64,000 nucleotides of DNA from Eledone cirrhosa (lineage: Eukaryota). The stretch lies in assembly GCA_964016885.1 (NCBI GenBank), contig OZ024740.1:220782001-220846000 (forward strand). The letters run 5' to 3'. The translations under genes and the position numbers were made by a program. Positions 62,232-64,000 of this stretch are shown here, piece by piece (within the stretch, counting starts at the first letter, position 1; each line of letters opens with the position of its first letter). The notes beneath the pieces were generated by a model. That model was not told the origin of the DNA. It was given only the letters and a program-made list of their open reading frames with translations, and did no database searches.

Positions 62232-62540
62232 TATAATCATTTTTTATTGGCCACAAGGGCCGGCATATAGGGGACAGTACAAAAACTGTGACAGTGTGTG
62301 TGTGGGGTTTACAATAAAATCGAATCGAGTACAAAAAAGAGAACAAAATACATAATAACCATTCCCCAATAGGAGGGAGGACCACCCCGGGGGCAACTCA
62401 GGAACCTCACCAATCCTGAACCACCCGATACTCCAAGAGCACCCGAGGAGGGTGCACCACTTCTCTCCAAACCAACCAGTCTACAGGCTCATGGTCAGAG
62501 TAGGCCCATTTCCATTCACAAGGGCCATCCTCACAACAAT
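62232..62540 (-). mobile_element. Tx1-type 3' terminal fragment (copy B-like)
   Basis: Minus strand ends GGCCCTTGTGGCCAATAAAAAATGATTAT; UTR similar to 30540-30850. Confidence 0.8.
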
Positions 62541-62779
62541 TATACAATATGATGAAACAAACACTAAATGAAAATTAAAATAAAAGGTGCCTCTTTTAAT
62601 CTTCTTCTTCTTAGTCCCATAACTCCTGAGGGAATCATAGTAGCACTGTATTAACACAGTGTTTCTAGGGCATTTTTAAACCTGACAGACCCCATCTCCT
62701 CTCCTAGTCTGAATACAGCAGATTTCTTCCAGACAAGGATAGGGAGTGAGAAAAAGGAAGCAAGAAAGAAGTAAAAAGG

Positions 62780-62932
62780 AATAATCAACCCCAGTACTAG
62801 CCTGGTACCTTTTTAATCGACCTTAAATGGATAAAAGACAAAGTTGAGCTTGGCGGAATTTGAAGAGAGCAGAGAGCTGAAATGAATACAGCAAAGCATT
62901 CTATCTGACGTTCTAACGACTCTGCCAATTCC
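62780..62932 (-). mobile_element. Old diverged Meta-like SINE
   Basis: TTCAAATTCCGCCAAG..ACTTTG.CTTTTATCC...GGTCGATTAAAAAGGTACCAG. Confidence 0.6.
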
Positions 62933-64000
62933 CCACTTAGAACTCCACATAGTCTTTGTAAACCATACCATTTGAAAACCTATACAATGTGGACACAATT
63001 AACTGAACTAAAAACTACATTTAGTTGAAACACTTTCCTTCTAAAATGTTTTCAAATTTTTATTTTTTAGTATCTAACTCTCGATGGCGTTACACTGTCA
63101 TCCAAAGACTTGCTTAAATTGGGAAAAGGGCAATGTGGTATTAAGGTTAGTAAATATTTTAATTAATTAACAGAATTTTAACATTAATTATACATGCAAA
63201 ACTAAGAAGGCAAATGTATTATATTTCCCTAACTAAAGAAACAATATTCTATTCAAACTTCACTTGTATATATTACCCTCTATTCTCAAATAATCTTATC
63301 TCAGATTTTATCTTATATCTCAGATATATTATTTACAAGTTTATGGCTTCTAACCTTTTACACTATTCTCCTTTTACATTAATATATGAATATCAAAGCT
63401 GGTTTACTTTTCAGTGAATGTGCCTGTCTTAGTGGTTAGAGAATTGTATTTGCAACCATGAGGTTGCAAGTTCGATTCCTGGACAGGGTGATGTGTTATG
63501 CCCTTGAGCAAGACACTTCATTTCAGGTTGCTACTTCTACCATGAATTGTGACTGGTAGACAGTATCAGCAATGGAATGACTAATGGAAACATTGTTTTC
63601 TTGATCTGATTTGATGAATTCCATCTCACCCAGTAAGTGAATGAGGTCTGGGATCTTGTCGAATGATACTTTCTTCTTTCTTCTTCATTTTCTGAAATAA
63701 TCTACAGATTCTATTGGTACTCAAACTCCCTAAACTATTAATAAATCATATGTCATCAATAACCCCTCCAGTTTTCTGATCTGAGAAATAAGACATAGTT
63801 GTCTGTTAAATTGATGATCATACATATTGTTGAATAACAAATAAAATTAGGACACTTTTATCCATCAATGGAGTTTATTTTCTTGCCTACAGTTTCTCAT
63901 GTGTTAAGCAGTTGAAATAAATTTTACCTTGGAAGGAGTACTAGATACCTTCAAATATTTCTCAGTTGAGATGTTTAGCTCAGCCCTGTTACCTAGCTGC

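Overview
Eukaryotic, gene-free, repeat-saturated 64 kb window. Microsatellite density and SINE sequences suggest a cephalopod such as octopus; this is an inference. No host protein-coding gene is supportable. Main contents: (i) a ~29 kb nest (16.5-45.4 kb) of non-LTR retrotransposons sitting in (ATT)n/(AAT)n microsatellites, with six L1/Tx1-type copies, three R4/Dong-type RLE copies in the opposite polarity, and a tRNA-derived SINE whose tail resembles the Tx1 3' end; (ii) a second nest (53.7-58.7 kb) in (ATGT)n with RTE, RTE-derived short elements, a CR1-like and an RLE fragment; (iii) about a dozen hammerhead-ribozyme motifs from several families, several next to Penelope-like (GIY-YIG/RT) remnants, including a family with a U3-A8 core covariation and a tandem HHR repeat; (iv) CRE-clade RLE elements, a DD37D (maT) Tc1/mariner transposon, two non-autonomous Helitrons and MITEs; (v) an array of a nearly invariant 69-bp unit separated by variable-length (GA)n spacers next to a 200-N gap. 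All calls come from reading motifs by eye; no database search or folding program was run.
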